NCBI GenBank assembly: GCA_043228905.1
Contig: JBHGNT010001234.1
Span: 1-10,756 of the forward strand
Source of the DNA: Azolla caroliniana
Lineage: Eukaryota > Plantae > Polypodiophyta
Direction of reading: 5' to 3'
Length of the DNA: 10,756 nt
The position numbers and the translations under genes were made by a program. Numbering within the stretch: the stretch's first letter is position 1; every line of letters starts with the position of its first letter. Positions 8,421 to 10,756 of this stretch are shown here, in pieces. A model generated the notes under the pieces. It saw only the letters and a program-made list of their open reading frames with translations, was not told the DNA's origin and searched no databases.

Positions 8421-8468
8421 GAATACTCCTGAAATTTCTAGAATGTTCCAGAGAAATCTGGAATATAC
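8421..8468. promoter_or_regulatory. Heat-shock-element array in 5' LTR U3
   Basis: GAAtaCTCctGAAatTTCtaGAAtgTTCcaGAGaaATCtgGAAtaTAC, 10 nt upstream of the TATA box. Confidence 0.75.
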
Positions 8469-8517
8469 ATCAATTTTCTATAATAAAACATAAATGAAAA
8501 TAATATTCTACGTATTA

Positions 8518-8590
8518 CAATGTATAGTCTAATGGTCAAGAGCTCGACCCATGTAGCATAAGGTCATGGGTTCGAGTCTTGCCATATCAT
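8518..8590 (+). other. tRNA-like A-box/B-box module in the 5' LTR
   Basis: Identical to 6102-6174; A box 8525-8535, B box 8569-8579. Confidence 0.6.
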
Positions 8591-8594
8591 GACA

Positions 8595-8599
8595 GGGAA
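8595..8599. repeat. Target-site duplication GGGAA (right copy)
   Basis: Identical to 5742-5746. Confidence 0.95.
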
Positions 8600-10285
8600 G
8601 CGGTTGCAATTTCACAAGAAAGGAAAGAGGATTTAGCAATCTTGTTGTTGGATTTCGAAAAGGCTTATGACAAAGTAGATTGGTCTTTTTTGAGGGGTAC
8701 CATGGAAAAGTTGGGTTTTCCGAATCAATGGTTAACGGTTGTCTCAGCTCTTTACAACTTAGCTACTAGTAGGGTATTACTACATGGAGAGTTAGGCCAA
8801 GCATTCACAATTTCGAGGTCAATGAGACAGGGATGTCCGTTGGCTCCTTTTTTATATTTGATGATTGGAGAAGCTTTTAGTAGTTTTCTTACAAGTAATA
8901 TTGTGAATATAAAAGGACTACAATGGCCATGGTTAGAGAAACAAGTTGTGGATTGTCAATTTGTTGTTGATACAACCTTGTATTTGCAAGGTTCTAGCAT
9001 AATCTTTCTAGAGTACAACAAGCTATTGATACATTTTGCTATGCTTCTGGAACTGTTATTAATTGGCATAAATTGGTGGGGTTTTGGTAGGTAACACAGT
9101 AAACCCTTTGTGGTGTCCAGAAGATGGGTTTCAATGGATTCTGCATGGTAAACCTATAAGATATTTGGTATGTCAATTAGGTATTAATCTTTCGCCGGAA
9201 GATCATGTAGCTCCTATGTTGCTTGCTACAAGGAAGAAATTGTTATATTGGAATACTACTAAATTGACATTGGCAGGAAGGGTTGTTGTTGCCAATCAAG
9301 TATTGTTGGCTTCCATGTGGTACATTTTATCGGTTTGGTTGTGCTCACGTTCAGCTTTATTGCAAGTACAAAGGCTTATTAGGAATTTCCTTTGGGAATC
9401 TAAAGGTTGTTCTTATGTGAGAGCCAAGGTATCTTGGAAAGTTATTACAACTCCAAAGGACGAGGGTGGTCTTAGATTTATTGAGCCTCTTTTACAATGT
9501 AAGGCTTTGTTGGGAAATTTTATTATAAGACGTTTGTTGCCTGGTGGGGAGCCTTGGAAAAAAAACCTTAAGGCAGAGAATGGTTAAAGTTATGCCTTCT
9601 ACCAGTGGCAATTGGAAAGATAGTATTAGATGGTGGTTTTTAGATATTTTAACCATTCCATTGATATTTTTCACCAAGATAAGTTTTTTAGGGGTATCAT
9701 GAAGGCATGGTGGGATTTGAAACATAACTTTGTATTCAGAAATGGATAGGGTCTTTACAATGTCTTCATTTCAGCCTTCTCGAACTAGTCTATTTTGGTG
9801 TGGTATGTTTTCATCCCTATATGTCTTATTGGGGGTTAGGGGTTATAAAAACTCTCATGAATGCCTTTACTTCAATGTTTTGCCTTCTGGACGACTTCAT
9901 TCTCTCTTTGTGGAAGACGAAATTGTAACTTGAGGGAATATGTTGCCTATTCGTATATTGTGGAAGATTGATAAAAAATGGATATTGAACCCACATCCAA
10001 ATGATGTAAACAATCTCTCTGATTTATGGGTCTATGAGAATAAGCCCATTGATCGCCTTTTGTGGGATCCTGGTGAGTGGAAATGGAAAATCAGATCAGC
10101 GCAAGGAATGTTAGGTAAGCAAATCCCATTATTTCAGTATTCGGTAAAAATGGGTAGAGAAATGCTAAGGAGAGGTGTGATTGTTACACCAACAACTTGA
10201 AAATTTGGGAGATTTGGTAATGTAACAGATTCTTGGTTGAATGCTTATTGGAAATGGTTATGGGCCATGCAAATTCCTAAAAAAG
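8595..10285 (+). pseudogene. L1-type LINE ORF2, 3' segment (RT core, thumb, C-terminal region), decayed
   Basis: LLLDFEKAYDKVDW, RQGCPLAPFLY, QFVVDTTLYL (degenerate FADD), LTLAGRVVVANQVL, VSWKVITTPKDEGGL, and WKWLWAMQIPKKV at the break. Removing the LTR element rejoins ...DNIF-FWEAVAISQE.... Confidence 0.92.
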
Positions 10286-10756
10286 TTTTTTTTTTCCAAA
10301 AATGAAGCTACTTTCCCATTAACTAGGAAGGATTATTACAAAGAGACTGTACAAGGAGGCTTATACACAAATCAGGGAATCTCCCTCCGATCAAGTTCAA
10401 GAAAATGAGACTACTTACATAGCCTTTCGAACTGACTACTTAAGGTAAGTAGATACCTATAGCTAAAAACGGTGCCCTTCAGTGTTGGCTAGTACGAGCC
10501 GACTCCTGGGGCCTACGACAAAGGGAGGGTTGCAGGTGAGTCGGAAACATCCAGCATGGCGGCTAGTAGTTCCACCTCGGGCCACTTCCTCCTTGTGTCC
10601 CGATAGGCGTGTTCCGTCATTTCTACCAAAAGCACAAACGGGTAGTGACCACGTCATTGGAATGGCTACAAACCTTGTCCAATTGCCCTCGTAGGCAGCT
10701 GATAAGCGCAAACCATATGTCCATGACCACTTCCTCCGGGGGTCGTACGAGATCTT
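10286..10756 (-). mobile_element. 3' end of a second LINE (ORF2 C-terminus, 3' UTR, poly(A) tail), continuing beyond the window
   Basis: T10 at 10286-10295 where the first LINE breaks off, next to a minus-strand AT-rich UTR-like stretch (TTGTAATAA...TTAATG). Frame 10754-10479 reads DLVRPPEEVVMDIWFALISCLRGQLD...PRWNY*PPCWMFP, which I recall as resembling plant LINE ORF2 ends. GC content is higher than the flank. Not database-verified. Confidence 0.65.

Larger units (their letters stand above)
5747..8594 (-). mobile_element. Non-autonomous, internally deleted Ty3/Gypsy chromovirus (Tcn1/Tf1-sushi-like), 2848 bp, inserted in the LINE RT
   Basis: Two near-identical LTRs with TGTCA...TGACA ends, 5-bp TSD, PPT, gag, integrase C-terminus and chromodomain; no PR, RT or RNase H. 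Clade assignment is inferred from the group I chromodomain, PEG10-like Gag and self-complementary PBS. Confidence 0.95.
8154..8594 (-). repeat. 5' LTR (441 bp)
   Basis: Direct repeat of 5747-6178 with TGTCA...TGACA ends; followed on the minus strand by the PBS, a short pyrimidine-rich leader and the gag ATG. Confidence 0.97.

Noticed and set aside
8579-9094. Independent 171-aa RT gene
   Set aside because: The start lies in the LTR end; the remainder is the interrupted LINE RT with a degenerate active site (FVVD).
10463-10711. ORFs 10463-10711 (-) and 10482-10694 (+) as genes
   Set aside because: The protein-like signal is in a third, stop-interrupted minus frame consistent with a LINE ORF2 end.

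Overview
Eukaryotic, probably non-seed plant (fern-like, by inference) heterochromatic DNA made entirely of nested retrotransposons; no host gene is visible. (1) 1-3320 (+): 3' part of a decayed Ty3/Gypsy chromovirus (RT-RNaseH-IN-group II chromodomain, PPT, 473-bp 3' LTR). It interrupts (2) an older Gypsy pol relic on the minus strand (3321-~3975). (3) A decayed L1-type LINE ORF2 (+, ~3983-10285) is split by (4) a young, intact-ended, 2848-bp internally deleted LTR chromovirus (-, 5747-8594, GGGAA target-site duplication), and is cut at its 3' end by (5) the poly(A) end of a second LINE (-, 10286 to the window end). Element 4 is the most interesting. It keeps only gag plus the integrase C-terminus and chromodomain. 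It has no tRNA primer-binding site; instead a 13-nt site is perfectly complementary to the predicted 5' end of its own transcript (Tf1-type self-priming). It has a 10-unit in-phase heat-shock-element array beside the TATA box. Each LTR also carries an antisense tRNA-like A-box/B-box module that can alternatively fold as a 20-bp hairpin.
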